Shown here in pieces: positions 19,203-29,219 of a stretch of 64,000 nt of DNA. The DNA lies in the NCBI GenBank assembly GCA_019058295.1, contig JAHPZI010000001.1:60686-124685 (forward strand). The letters are read 5' to 3'. Position 1 is the stretch's first letter. Every line of letters begins with the position of its first letter. The notes under the pieces were generated by a model that had not been told where the DNA came from, did not search any database, and saw only the letters and a program-made list of their open reading frames with translations. The DNA comes from Promethearchaeota archaeon. GTDB taxonomy: Archaea; Asgardarchaeota; Lokiarchaeia; Sigyniarchaeales; SOKP01. A program made the translations under genes and the position numbers.

Positions 19203-21578
19203 TTAAATATCAGTTGGTTGGAAGACTTTTTTCTCTATCAAGTCGAAAATTAACTGGGTTCTTTTTGGATCATATGCTTGTTCCGGCATTAGAAAAGTTG
19301 TGAAAAAGTAGTCTAACTTATTTTGCTTCATGATTGATTTTGTCTTCTGAATTAAAGATATCTCAGCGGCACTCAGTTCTATACCTTCGATGTCTACAAT
19401 CTTTAAAGGAGATATAAAAGAAGTATTTAAATGACGCTCAATTAATCCCTTTATTCCCGCAAAAGGTTCAAGGTTTCCAGCAAATTTTTCGAGTAATTCA
19501 CCATATTCGCGGTCGATATCGTATGATAATGCCGTAACTGATTTTAAGAACTCTTCTGAGGGACGATCTTTTAAAATAAAGATTAGCCTGAAGTCTTTAA
19601 ATTCAGACATTAAAATCTTTGAATCTTTATACTCTAAAGATATTGATTGGGATTGTTCATAGGAACTTGTAAGTTCAATTCCAAACGCCCGAATTGCATC
19701 TAAAAATCCCGAAATTAGAGTTGCATCCAATTTTTTCCCCGCAAAAAATTGTTCATACACATTTAATGCTGATTTTTTGTTAATCACTATTACGTAATTG
19801 AGATTAAAAGCATCTAAAAATTTATTATAAAGCCTTTCTTTCTTTAATTCTCGACTTTTCATAACCTTTTTATAAGCTGTTAAAGATGCAAAGCCCCCTG
19901 CTATAACTAAACCTGTTATTATAACAGCAATTATGACTAACGAATAATCTACTTCTGTTGTAGTTTTAGAATCGTCATCATCGCCACTAGGAGGTAAGAG
20001 TGTTGTAACACCCCCTCCACCTGTAATTTCAAACTTCTGAGTTTGAACACCTGCATCTGTCTCATTATTCCAAAATACCAACGCAGTCCATTCACCAGAT
20101 ATCGCACTTGGGAGGATAGTATGATTTAAGGGAAACTCGTTTGATGATGTAACAACAACTAATTTTTCTGCTTGTTTCGATCCTATTGTATTCAATAGAA
20201 TAAAAGTGTAATTACCCAATTTTGCGGGATCATGAACAAAAAATTCCAAGTTTTCCCCAACTTTAAAAGTGGTTAATGGAACGCGTAATTCAACATCCAA
20301 ATTTGTTGAATTTGCGATAATATTCAAATCAGTATTTGGGTTTATAGTATTGTTTAAGATGTATACAGAATTTCCATTTATATTAACATCTAAACTATCC
20401 GTTATGTTATTAGTTCCGTTGAAAACACTTACATATTTCCAATTATCAGGATATTTATATTTAATTGAATAGTTATATCCAAATCTATCAAGAGTTGGAT
20501 CTACAGTCCAAAGATTATCTATGTTCTTCTTAATTAATATGGAACCCCCAGAAGTTAGAGTATTGTTTAACCTTATGTAATAACTTATATTGAAATAAAG
20601 AGCATTAGAAATATTATTCTTAACTGGAATATTCAAAATTGATGTATTTGGGAAATATTGATCTAATGACACACTCAAGTTACCTTTTCCAGCTTCATTT
20701 CCATCAATAATTGAATGATCAATTCCATTAATTTCAGCAGTCAAATCGATTTCACTTGGATAGAATGTTGTATTTATTTGCCGGATTAATCTATAAGTAA
20801 AGGGTTGACCTGGAGATCTATAATCACTCGACCATCCTAAAGTCCTAGAATATCTAGAGCTATTTAAATTAGGATTATTAGCATCATAACTCTTATAATA
20901 CCATTGATAACTCATTTGGGTGGGGGGGGTTAAAGCTATTGATGTTCCATTCATTACAAAATAATAATATCCATTAGAGAGGTCAATCGGAGTGGAAAAT
21001 GTTTGTCTATGCCAGCCTATTCCAGCGGCTTTTGACATATTGAGTAATATTGGATTTCCATATTCAGTATTTTCATCAGGTGCTCCCACTGGATCAGAAC
21101 CGAATACATGGAAATACATATCTGTCGGTTGTAGAGAACTATTAAAACCATAAATATCTACACCATAAAGAATAGTAGGAACGTCGATTTTGAATTGAGC
21201 ACCTAACATGGGAAAATTTTTATCCAATGTATGTGAAGGATCGAGTTGTTCGAAATCTATAACTGTTTTTGTCTCATTTTCAAAATCTATGTCAGTTATA
21301 TTAAACTCAATATTAGTGGCATTCCATCTTGATGTACCTAAATTTATATCGATTGAACTGATATTTGTCATTGTACCTTTATTTTCAGCAGTTTCAAGCA
21401 TCGTGAAATTTTGATAAACTGTCAAAGTTTTATCATAATATTCATAGCTAGATGCTTTTAAACTTTCCTCACTATCTCGAGCGTAAGAACTATTAACATT
21501 ACTATAAAAAGCTGAAGCGATTATTGAATAAATTAAAACACTTAAAAAAATAATTCTTTTATTCATTGAACTCTTCAA
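19203..21578 (-). CDS. single-pass membrane protein with large extracellular region and cytoplasmic longin-like domain
   Basis: Signal peptide, Asn-rich ectodomain, DDDD linker, TM, then LDATLISGFLDAIRAFGIEL longin-like segment. Confidence 0.7.
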   Translation of the reverse strand: MKSSMNKRIIFLSVLIYSIIASAFYSNVNSSYARDSEESLKASSYEYYDKTLTVYQNFTMLETAENKGTMTNISSIDINLGTSRWNATNIEFNITDIDFENETKTVIDFEQLDPSHTLDKNFPMLGAQFKIDVPTILYGVDIYGFNSSLQPTDMYFHVFGSDPVGAPDENTEYGNPILLNMSKAAGIGWHRQTFSTPIDLSNGYYYFVMNGTSIALTPPTQMSYQWYYKSYDANNPNLNSSRYSRTLGWSSDYRSPGQPFTYRLIRQINTTFYPSEIDLTAEINGIDHSIIDGNEAGKGNLSVSLDQYFPNTSILNIPVKNNISNALYFNISYYIRLNNTLTSGGSILIKKNIDNLWTVDPTLDRFGYNYSIKYKYPDNWKYVSVFNGTNNITDSLDVNINGNSVYILNNTINPNTDLNIIANSTNLDVELRVPLTTFKVGENLEFFVHDPAKLGNYTFILLNTIGSKQAEKLVVVTSSNEFPLNHTILPSAISGEWTALVFWNNETDAGVQTQKFEITGGGGVTTLLPPSGDDDDSKTTTEVDYSLVIIAVIITGLVIAGGFASLTAYKKVMKSRELKKERLYNKFLDAFNLNYVIVINKKSALNVYEQFFAGKKLDATLISGFLDAIRAFGIELTSSYEQSQSISLEYKDSKILMSEFKDFRLIFILKDRPSEEFLKSVTALSYDIDREYGELLEKFAGNLEPFAGIKGLIERHLNTSFISPLKIVDIEGIELSAAEISLIQKTKSIMKQNKLDYFFTTFLMPEQAYDPKRTQLIFDLIEKKVFQPTDI

Positions 21579-21729
21579 ATATCTATTAATTGATAACTAG
21601 TCAAACTAATAATCATAATTATTTAAATGTTAATTTAATAATTCAAAAATTATCTCATTATAATTATTAAGAAAATGAAAAATCACTCTGATTGATGATT
21701 GATTTTGAATAAAAAAAGAAAAAAATAAT

Positions 21730-22332
21730 TTAGCTCTTAAGTTTTTGGAGCAAGAAAGCAAAATTTTTTCCTAAATTTTTAAAAGTTTCAATTCCTTCCT
21801 TGTCTTTCTTGAAAGCATCTGGAACCATTACATTCGGATTTACGCCTAAATTCCAATAGCTAGAACCGACAACAAACATTTCATTAATTAAGAAGAAGTA
21901 ATTTATACTCGAGAAAACATGAGTTGCTCCTGCTCGCCTTACAGCGACTACTGCTGCGCCAACTTTATGTTTGAGAAGGTCCCCATTAACTTTACTTACA
22001 AGCCCCGCTCTTTCAATTAATGCTTTTATTGTAGTACACGTATCTGCAAAAAATGTGGGAGAGCCTAGTATTATACCATCCGCTTCAAGTATTTTTTCAA
22101 TATAGTCATTCATTTTATCAGTTTTGACGGCACATCTCTTGTTTTTATTTTGTAAACATTGATAACAAGAGTTACATCCTTGGAGTTTATCCATACCAAT
22201 CCAATTATAATCCACTTCAACTCCAGCAGCCTTCAATTCATCCATTACAATATTTAAACATTGGTAGGTAACACCTTCCTTCCTAGGACTTCCATTAAAT
22301 ACAACAACATTCATTTCTAATATTCTCTCCAT
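21730..22332 (-). CDS. iron-sulfur flavoprotein / flavodoxin-like (FMN_red)
   Basis: NGSPRKEG.T, CNSCYQC...C, GSPTF. Confidence 0.85.
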   Translation of the reverse strand: MERILEMNVVVFNGSPRKEGVTYQCLNIVMDELKAAGVEVDYNWIGMDKLQGCNSCYQCLQNKNKRCAVKTDKMNDYIEKILEADGIILGSPTFFADTCTTIKALIERAGLVSKVNGDLLKHKVGAAVVAVRRAGATHVFSSINYFFLINEMFVVGSSYWNLGVNPNVMVPDAFKKDKEGIETFKNLGKNFAFLLQKLKS

Positions 22333-22412
22333 TGTTTTAGGGTTTAATTTATAAAAACAATTTTATTGTTTATAAGCTTTTTTTTTATATATAAAGATTT
22401 TAATCAAGATTT

Positions 22413-23663
22413 ATGGGAAATAATAGCAAAAATCAACCAGAACTACTTGCTCCAGCGCAAGATTGGAATACTTTAAAAATTGTAAGAGGTTTAACGGACG
22501 CGGTTTATTTTGGAGTAGAAAATTATAATATGCGAGCAAAGGCTAGAAATTTTAAACAAGAAGAATTATTTGAAATTTCTGAATATTGTCATGACTCAAA
22601 ACCAAGAATTAATGCTTATTTATGTACTAATATTTTAATTTATGACTCAGAATTACAAGATTTAGAATCTTTAATCGCAGATGCTAAAGATGCTAATATC
22701 GATGCTATTATTACCCACGATCTTGCATCGATTAAAATTGCAAAAAGAAATAATATGAACTTTCACGTATCTACGCAAGCAAATATCTCTAATATTGAAT
22801 CTGCTAAATTTTACGAAGATTTAGGAGCTGAAAGAATAGTTCTTGCTCGGGAGTTATCTCTCAAACAAATTGCCGAAATAAAGGCGCACTTAAAAAAAAT
22901 AAAGATTGAATGTTTTGTCCACGGTTCAATGTGTACCTCCATTTCCGGAAGATGTTATTTTTCGGCCACAATTACCGATTCTGAGGAATATTCTGCTAAT
23001 CGAGGGAATTGTGTTCAGCCATGTAGAAGAGAATGGAGGCTAGTTGATGAAGAAGATAATGAATTTATTTACAACGGACAGCTATTTTTAAACGCAAAGG
23101 ATCTCTGTATGATTGAATATATTCCGGAGTTAATTAATGCCAATATCGACTCATTTAAAATCGAAGGTCGGATGAAAGATCCTTTATATGTTAAGACTGT
23201 GACAGAATGTTATCGGGAAGCGATAGATTGTTATTTTAATGGAACCTACTCTAAAGACAAAGTTAAAAAGTGGTTAGAACGTTTATCAAAAGTTTTTAAT
23301 CGAGGGTTTCATACTGGTTTCTTTTTTCACAGACCTAACGTGGAAGATATTGAATTAGAGAAAAGAGGCAATATTTCTCCTTATAAAAAAAATTATATTG
23401 GGAAGATTTTATCTTTTCATAAAAAAAGCATGTCAGCCAATATTCTGGTTGAAAAAAGGGAATTCTTTTTAAAAGTAGGCGACCAAATTATAATTAGTGG
23501 AAAAGAATCATATAATATTGAAAACGTAAAAAAAATAATTTTTAGAGGAGAAAAAGTTAAAAAAGTGATCAGGAGAGAAAAAGATAATCCTATTAGAATT
23601 AATCTCCCTCTAAATAAGGAGTATTCAACAAACGATAAAATTTATATCGTTTCCAAGGTTTAA
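22413..23663 (+). CDS. peptidase U32 family protein (tRNA/rRNA hydroxylation type)
   Basis: PELLAPA, H.STQAN, E.FVHG.MC.S.SGRC, NRG.C.QPCR, KIEGR. Confidence 0.9.
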   Translation: MGNNSKNQPELLAPAQDWNTLKIVRGLTDAVYFGVENYNMRAKARNFKQEELFEISEYCHDSKPRINAYLCTNILIYDSELQDLESLIADAKDANIDAIITHDLASIKIAKRNNMNFHVSTQANISNIESAKFYEDLGAERIVLARELSLKQIAEIKAHLKKIKIECFVHGSMCTSISGRCYFSATITDSEEYSANRGNCVQPCRREWRLVDEEDNEFIYNGQLFLNAKDLCMIEYIPELINANIDSFKIEGRMKDPLYVKTVTECYREAIDCYFNGTYSKDKVKKWLERLSKVFNRGFHTGFFFHRPNVEDIELEKRGNISPYKKNYIGKILSFHKKSMSANILVEKREFFLKVGDQIIISGKESYNIENVKKIIFRGEKVKKVIRREKDNPIRINLPLNKEYSTNDKIYIVSKV

Positions 23664-23716
23664 GTCTAAAAATTTTAAACTAGAATGTTTTAATTAGGTA
23701 TAATTAAAGATCAACC

Positions 23717-24391
23717 ATGAGTTTTAAGGAAAAACGAAAGGAATTAGTTGAAAGCCTAATTAAAAGGAAAATTTTAACTAAAACAAAAGTAATTGATGCA
23801 ATGCTAAAGGTACCAAGAGAGAAATTTTTAGCTGAAAAAGCGCAATCTTCAGCTTATTTGGACACTCCCTTATCAATCGGATTAGGACAAACAATTAGCG
23901 CCCCTCATATGAACGCCATGATGTGTGAATATCTTGAGCTTAAAGAAGGAGATAAAGTTTTAGAAATAGGAACGGGTTCAGGATATCATGCTGCTCTATG
24001 TGCTGAATTAGTAGCTCCAGAGAATTCTCAAAATCCGGGTCACGTTTTTACTATTGAAAGGCACAAAGAATTAGTAGAAAGAGCAAAAATAAGTCTTAAG
24101 GAAACTGGCTACAATAGCTCTGTTACAGTTATCCACGGAGATGGGACTTTAGGATACGGGGAAGCTGCTCCTTATGATAAGATATTAGTTACTGCTGCGT
24201 CACCAGAAAAAGTACCTCCCCCTTTGAAAAAGCAATTAAAAGATGGGGGCATTCTTTGTATACCTGCAGGTTCTAAAAGTTTTGGTCAAAATTTATATAT
24301 AGTAAGAAGGAAAGGAGAACAATTTAAAAGCAAAAAGATTACAGGTGTTCGGTTTGTCCCTTTACTAGGCCGACATGGATTTAAAGAATAA
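23717..24391 (+). CDS. pcm: protein-L-isoaspartate O-methyltransferase
   Basis: GQTISAPHM, VLEIGTGSGY, APYDKI.VTAA, VRFVPL. Confidence 0.93.
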   Translation: MSFKEKRKELVESLIKRKILTKTKVIDAMLKVPREKFLAEKAQSSAYLDTPLSIGLGQTISAPHMNAMMCEYLELKEGDKVLEIGTGSGYHAALCAELVAPENSQNPGHVFTIERHKELVERAKISLKETGYNSSVTVIHGDGTLGYGEAAPYDKILVTAASPEKVPPPLKKQLKDGGILCIPAGSKSFGQNLYIVRRKGEQFKSKKITGVRFVPLLGRHGFKE

Positions 24392-24425
24392 ATTTTTCTA
24401 ATCTATTGAATCGAAATCAGAAAGT

Positions 24426-24587
24426 TTATAAATCAGAAGGTTTGTTATTTTTTCGTTTAATTAATTTCGCTCGCAGATTCCTTATGGTTTCGTTTTTTTG
24501 AATGGTTTCACGGACATTTTTATTTGCAATAGGCCAGGAAACGCGTTTTTCGAAATTATTGTTTCTCATGAGATTTAATATTTTCAT
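24426..24587 (-). CDS. possible small basic protein (53 aa), absent from ORF track
   Basis: Own translation MKILNLMRNNNFEKRVSWPIANKNVRETIQKNETIRNLRAKLIKRKNNKPSDL fills the gap; no motif. Confidence 0.35.
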   Translation of the reverse strand: MKILNLMRNNNFEKRVSWPIANKNVRETIQKNETIRNLRAKLIKRKNNKPSDL

Positions 24588-24694
24588 GTTTTATTATTAC
24601 TTTAATAATATTTTAGATTCAGTATTTATAAAGATAGTTAAATCCGACAAAATTACATTATTGTGAAAAAATATATTAGTAAAAACTGAGAAAA

Positions 24695-26887
24695 TTATCC
24701 AATTTTAAGTATAAGATTAATTGCAAATTCTTTATCAAGTTTAAAAATAGGAGCTATATTTATTCCTTGATATATGCTTTGATATCCTTCATCAGTGTGA
24801 ACGTAAGCTATAATTGGGAATTTATTAATATTGATTAAATCTTTACTACCTGAAAGTAATATTTCAAAGTTTAAATCATAGGTTTCATCGTATGCTTTAA
24901 AATGTGAACATTTAAATTGATATGGTTCTAATAGTTCTTTTTCTTTTTCACTTTTAAGATTTAATTCCATGCTTTCCCATTGGAAATTCTCTGTATTACC
25001 ATTAAAGAAAATTGGAAGATCGAACGCAATTCGTATGTAATTTATGATATTTTCCAATATTTCACCCTTACCAGGAATCTCCTCAAATTTACCCTTAATA
25101 GCTATTAAAATTTTATTTTCTTCGATACCAATTTTTTTAGTGATGATACAGGGAATTCTTTCATCAGAATTAGGATCCTTTATGCTTCCAACCTTTTCAA
25201 GCTCAATATGAGCTGAAGTTTTAATTTTTTCGTTTTTGGTAACTCTAAATTCACCGTTAACAAAATCACCAAATTCATAAAACTTATCCTCTTGAAGTTG
25301 TTCAAAAGTCACGTCATCGTGTAAAAATCTTAAGCGGAACATAGTTTTTCTATATCTATCTACCATAATCTCATTTGACTCAATCTTCTCGTCTTTATGA
25401 TAAGCTTCATACCATCGCGTTAACGTACTCAACAAATTATAAGATTTTGGTTTGAAATCTAATTCAAACAATGTTCCCCCATCAGAAGGGTCAAAATATG
25501 CGTTAAGAACATCTGATTCAATTAGGATGTCTAATTTACTATTCTTATTAAAATCTAGAGGAGTTATTGAGATATAAGAAGAACTTATGTTTGGATAAAT
25601 CACGGGCATTACCTCATCGATTATTTTTTCAGCATTTATTAAATGCGTATATACAGAAAATCTTAGGAACTGTAAATAAATTCCTCCAAACATTCCGTGC
25701 CAATAACAATCGTTGCATTGTGCTTTATAAATTTCATCCCATGCCTTGTCTATTTTTCCTTTAATTTCTGAGTCAAGTGCTTTATCTGAGTTTTCTTTTA
25801 ACCGTTCTTCAATTTGAATTAATTTTTCTCTTACATAAAGCATTTTTTTGTGCATATTATTTGATTCTGGATATTTTACGAGAAAATATCGCCAAAATCC
25901 CCCCGATAAAAATTGATATGCTTCCTTCCAATCTTCATCTTTTTTAATATTTTTTCTAATTTTTTTATACTTCTTCCTGATATGCGTTGGCAATACCCAT
26001 TCTTCCATCTTATCATAGCTTGCTGTAGGAATATACAATAAACTTTTCGCAGGATGTTGCCTCATATATTCTGATAAGGTTATTGATTTAATCCAGTTGT
26101 TATTTACGATTTGTTCAAAAAAAGCTGGAATAAATGGTTTTTTTCCATCTCCATCATGATGACCAAATCCGTCCACATAACAGATTTCATGTGTGGTCCC
26201 CCATACACCCATTTTTTCCGCATCAGATATTAAAAGAGCAATTCTATCTCCATTTTCATCAGCCGCTTTTCTTAAGTAATCAATTGATAAATAGGTTGGT
26301 TTCCATGGTGTTAAATATCGCAGTTCTTCATTTATTGGAAATATTCTCAAAGTCTTTCCTTCATCTTCGGTAACATAAGTATAGAACGTATCATCTTCAG
26401 CAAGACCGCAAGATCTTAGATGATTATCATCAACAATAATGTATTTTAATCCAACCTCATTCAAAAATGATGGATAACTCGGTTCCCATACTCTTTCAGA
26501 TAACCAAGCACCTTTTACTTCTAAGCCGAATTCCTTATTGATTAGGTTAGATAATTTTTTCATTTGAGCGATTCGATCTCTATGTGGAATAATCGCAAAC
26601 ATAGGTTCGTAATATCCACCACCGATTATCTCAATTTGACCTCGTTTTGCCATGGTTTTTAGTTTTTCAATGAATTCTGGTTTATTTTCTAAAAACCACT
26701 CAAGTAAATTTCCGGAAAAATGAAGTGTAACTTTAACTTCTGGAAACTTATATATATTATTTATTAAAGGTCCATATGCTTTTTTAAAACAATCTTCAAA
26801 CACCCATTGAAAATTATCGACGGGTTGATGAAAATGAAAAACCATGGGTAAGTATATAGTTTTTTCAACCATTAGATAGGACACCAA
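24695..26887 (-). CDS. GH57 alpha-amylase / 4-alpha-glucanotransferase
   Basis: HFHQP, GGGYYEP, WLSERVW (catalytic E), SDAEKMG (catalytic D), AQCNDCYWHG. Confidence 0.9.
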   Translation of the reverse strand: MVSYLMVEKTIYLPMVFHFHQPVDNFQWVFEDCFKKAYGPLINNIYKFPEVKVTLHFSGNLLEWFLENKPEFIEKLKTMAKRGQIEIIGGGYYEPMFAIIPHRDRIAQMKKLSNLINKEFGLEVKGAWLSERVWEPSYPSFLNEVGLKYIIVDDNHLRSCGLAEDDTFYTYVTEDEGKTLRIFPINEELRYLTPWKPTYLSIDYLRKAADENGDRIALLISDAEKMGVWGTTHEICYVDGFGHHDGDGKKPFIPAFFEQIVNNNWIKSITLSEYMRQHPAKSLLYIPTASYDKMEEWVLPTHIRKKYKKIRKNIKKDEDWKEAYQFLSGGFWRYFLVKYPESNNMHKKMLYVREKLIQIEERLKENSDKALDSEIKGKIDKAWDEIYKAQCNDCYWHGMFGGIYLQFLRFSVYTHLINAEKIIDEVMPVIYPNISSSYISITPLDFNKNSKLDILIESDVLNAYFDPSDGGTLFELDFKPKSYNLLSTLTRWYEAYHKDEKIESNEIMVDRYRKTMFRLRFLHDDVTFEQLQEDKFYEFGDFVNGEFRVTKNEKIKTSAHIELEKVGSIKDPNSDERIPCIITKKIGIEENKILIAIKGKFEEIPGKGEILENIINYIRIAFDLPIFFNGNTENFQWESMELNLKSEKEKELLEPYQFKCSHFKAYDETYDLNFEILLSGSKDLININKFPIIAYVHTDEGYQSIYQGINIAPIFKLDKEFAINLILKIG

Positions 26888-27032
26888 TTATTTAAGTGTA
26901 TAAACATCATTAAGATTTGGTAGAATTTAAGATTATAAATTATTCTTGATCTTAAAATTTATTTTAAGAATTGGAAAAATAAAAAATAATATGGATTAAA
27001 AATATAAAAAATAATCTAATTCTTTAGATTAC

Positions 27033-27521
27033 TTAATATCTTGTTCTTGTAGCTTGTATACGTATCTTGGCCTTAGTGTCTTCATCTTTGTCTTGTACAA
27101 TTACATATCTTGTTTTCTCGGGTAGTTGGATTTCAATTGTTTCTTTAGCTATTTCTTGATCTTTCTTTAAATGGTCTTTTTCTCGCAAAATGACATCTAA
27201 ATTAATAGTAAGAGATTTTCCCTTTCTCACTGTTTTAAATTCACTCCAAATAGTCATATCTGCCTTACTTGTGAAGACCTGATTTTTAGCTAATTTTATA
27301 ACTCCTTTATGAGGGTATCTGGACTTGAGCATCTTATCGCCATCGACTCTAAGATAAAACTCTCCTACTCGACCAAGTGCATCATAATCTTTTCTAGTCT
27401 TTAATGAAAGTAAATCTAAGCTAACTTGAAACCTCTCCTTTTCCTTTCCCACATTATCTTGACTGAAGCTTTCATCTGTTGCATGAGTTTTTTTACCTTT
27501 TACATACATTCGACGTGGAAT
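27033..27521 (-). CDS. hypothetical beta-sandwich protein, possibly C2-like
   Basis: Frame extends to ATT 27521 behind GGTGA; alternating strand pattern. Confidence 0.6.
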   Translation of the reverse strand: MPRRMYVKGKKTHATDESFSQDNVGKEKERFQVSLDLLSLKTRKDYDALGRVGEFYLRVDGDKMLKSRYPHKGVIKLAKNQVFTSKADMTIWSEFKTVRKGKSLTINLDVILREKDHLKKDQEIAKETIEIQLPEKTRYVIVQDKDEDTKAKIRIQATRTRY

Positions 27522-27642
27522 TTTATATCACCTTTTTTTTTATAATTCTAATAAAGTTTACAAATATATAGTTTAACAAAATTTAAGTATTTTTAATAAC
27601 AACACCATATATTAAATAAAGAATACTATAATTAGGGGATAC

Positions 27643-29112
27643 ATTATAGTAGAAAATCAAAGTTTTAATAACGAAAACGATTTAATACCGCTCAAGGAAA
27701 AGCTATCCTATTCCTTTGCGAACATGCCGGGTATCTTTTTCGGGGCCATGATGGGCGTGATTCAGTCGTTTTATTACGCTTGGATGGGTTTGCAATGGAT
27801 ATGGATTACCATTGCTCAAATCATTTACGCTATTTGGAACGTCGTAAATGATCCTCTCTTTGGCAACCGTATTAACAACACAAAATATGTGAATAAAAAG
27901 GGAGAACTTCAAAGATACATTCCCTACATAAAGTTTGGGGCTCCGATTTTTAGTCTTGCTTTTGCGTTAGTGTTTTTTCCACCCGATACGCTTCGGGGTA
28001 AATCCGATTTTTCTTTTCAGTTTTGGCTTTTTGTTTGGTATTTAGTGTCACAATTAGCTTATGATACGATGTTTACCATAGTGCTCTGTGCGTGGGTTGC
28101 ATTGTTACCACAAATGAGCTTAAATCAGAGAGAGCGTGAAAAAGTCCAGCTTTTATGTTCCATATTTGGATTCCCCGCAATAATAATTGGATTTGCGGTT
28201 CCAGTTGCTCTATTATCGAATCCAACGCCTAATTCCATTTTTATATTTCAAGTACTTGTAGTAATTATTGCTATGTTCGGAGTTATTCCTTATTTGATCA
28301 TTGCAAAATATGTATATGAACGCCCTGAATTTAATCCAGAAAAATCGGTTGGGATCTTTAAATCCTTTAAATTGGCTTTTAAAAATCGATCCTATCTCGT
28401 TTATGTTATTTATGATGGGATTTCCGTTTTTATAATCAACATTAACATGGTTGCGCTTCCATTTTTTCTTTATTGGGTGCTCGGAAACTCACCTGGATTT
28501 AATGCACTTCTATTTTGGATTGGTCCTATAATCTGTCTAGTTATCGGTATAGTATTATCCTTAAAAATTGCGGAAAAGACATCCACAAAATTTGCTATAA
28601 CATTCTATCTTTCTATAATTTCAATTGGATTTTTGCTTGTGTTCTTGTTGGCATTAACAGGTAATTGGATTCTAATTTCTATAGGATTTTGTATCATCTT
28701 TTTAGGATATCCCGGGGATTTTATACATCATAATCCTATGCGGGCTGATACAATTGATTATGATCAATGGAAAGTTTCCGGCGAAAGACGGGAGGGTCTT
28801 TATGCGGGTATCGGGGCTATACTTTCAAAACCAATGATTAGCGTTGCTCTAGCAGTTCCTCCCATTATAATGACAGCATACGGTCTGATTTATGTTAAGG
28901 ATAGCTTACAACCGACAATGGGGCTCGAAATGGCACAATTAGCCTTGATTATTTCGATGGGGTTAATACCCGGTATTGTTGCTCTCATCGGTTTAATTAT
29001 TTGGGTGCTGTTTTATCCCTTAAAAAAAGATCTCGTAATCGAGATGAAAACGGAATTAGCTAAAATTAACGAAGAAATGAAAAAGAAGTATCAAGAAAAA
29101 CAAAAAGTATAA
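27643..29112 (+). CDS. MFS/GPH family sugar transporter
   Basis: About 12 TM, WNVVNDPLFG, ADTIDYD...GERREGLY; the N-terminal KEKLSY motif lies upstream of ATG 27724, so start is ATT 27643 or ATA 27646. Confidence 0.85.
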   Translation: MIVENQSFNNENDLIPLKEKLSYSFANMPGIFFGAMMGVIQSFYYAWMGLQWIWITIAQIIYAIWNVVNDPLFGNRINNTKYVNKKGELQRYIPYIKFGAPIFSLAFALVFFPPDTLRGKSDFSFQFWLFVWYLVSQLAYDTMFTIVLCAWVALLPQMSLNQREREKVQLLCSIFGFPAIIIGFAVPVALLSNPTPNSIFIFQVLVVIIAMFGVIPYLIIAKYVYERPEFNPEKSVGIFKSFKLAFKNRSYLVYVIYDGISVFIININMVALPFFLYWVLGNSPGFNALLFWIGPIICLVIGIVLSLKIAEKTSTKFAITFYLSIISIGFLLVFLLALTGNWILISIGFCIIFLGYPGDFIHHNPMRADTIDYDQWKVSGERREGLYAGIGAILSKPMISVALAVPPIIMTAYGLIYVKDSLQPTMGLEMAQLALIISMGLIPGIVALIGLIIWVLFYPLKKDLVIEMKTELAKINEEMKKKYQEKQKV

Positions 29113-29219
29113 TCTTATGTTCTCTTTTTTTCCATTTTTTTTTTAAAAAAGTTCTATAATAGAGATAACCTATAATTATTAGGATAAATTTACTAATTAT
29201 TAATAATACGCAGTAATGA

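Noticed and set aside
26135-26170. Apparent ~11-aa insertion (FGHHDGDGKKP) in the GH57 glucanotransferase as a third intron
   Set aside because: No stop, no match to the consensus or geometry; looks like a natural loop.
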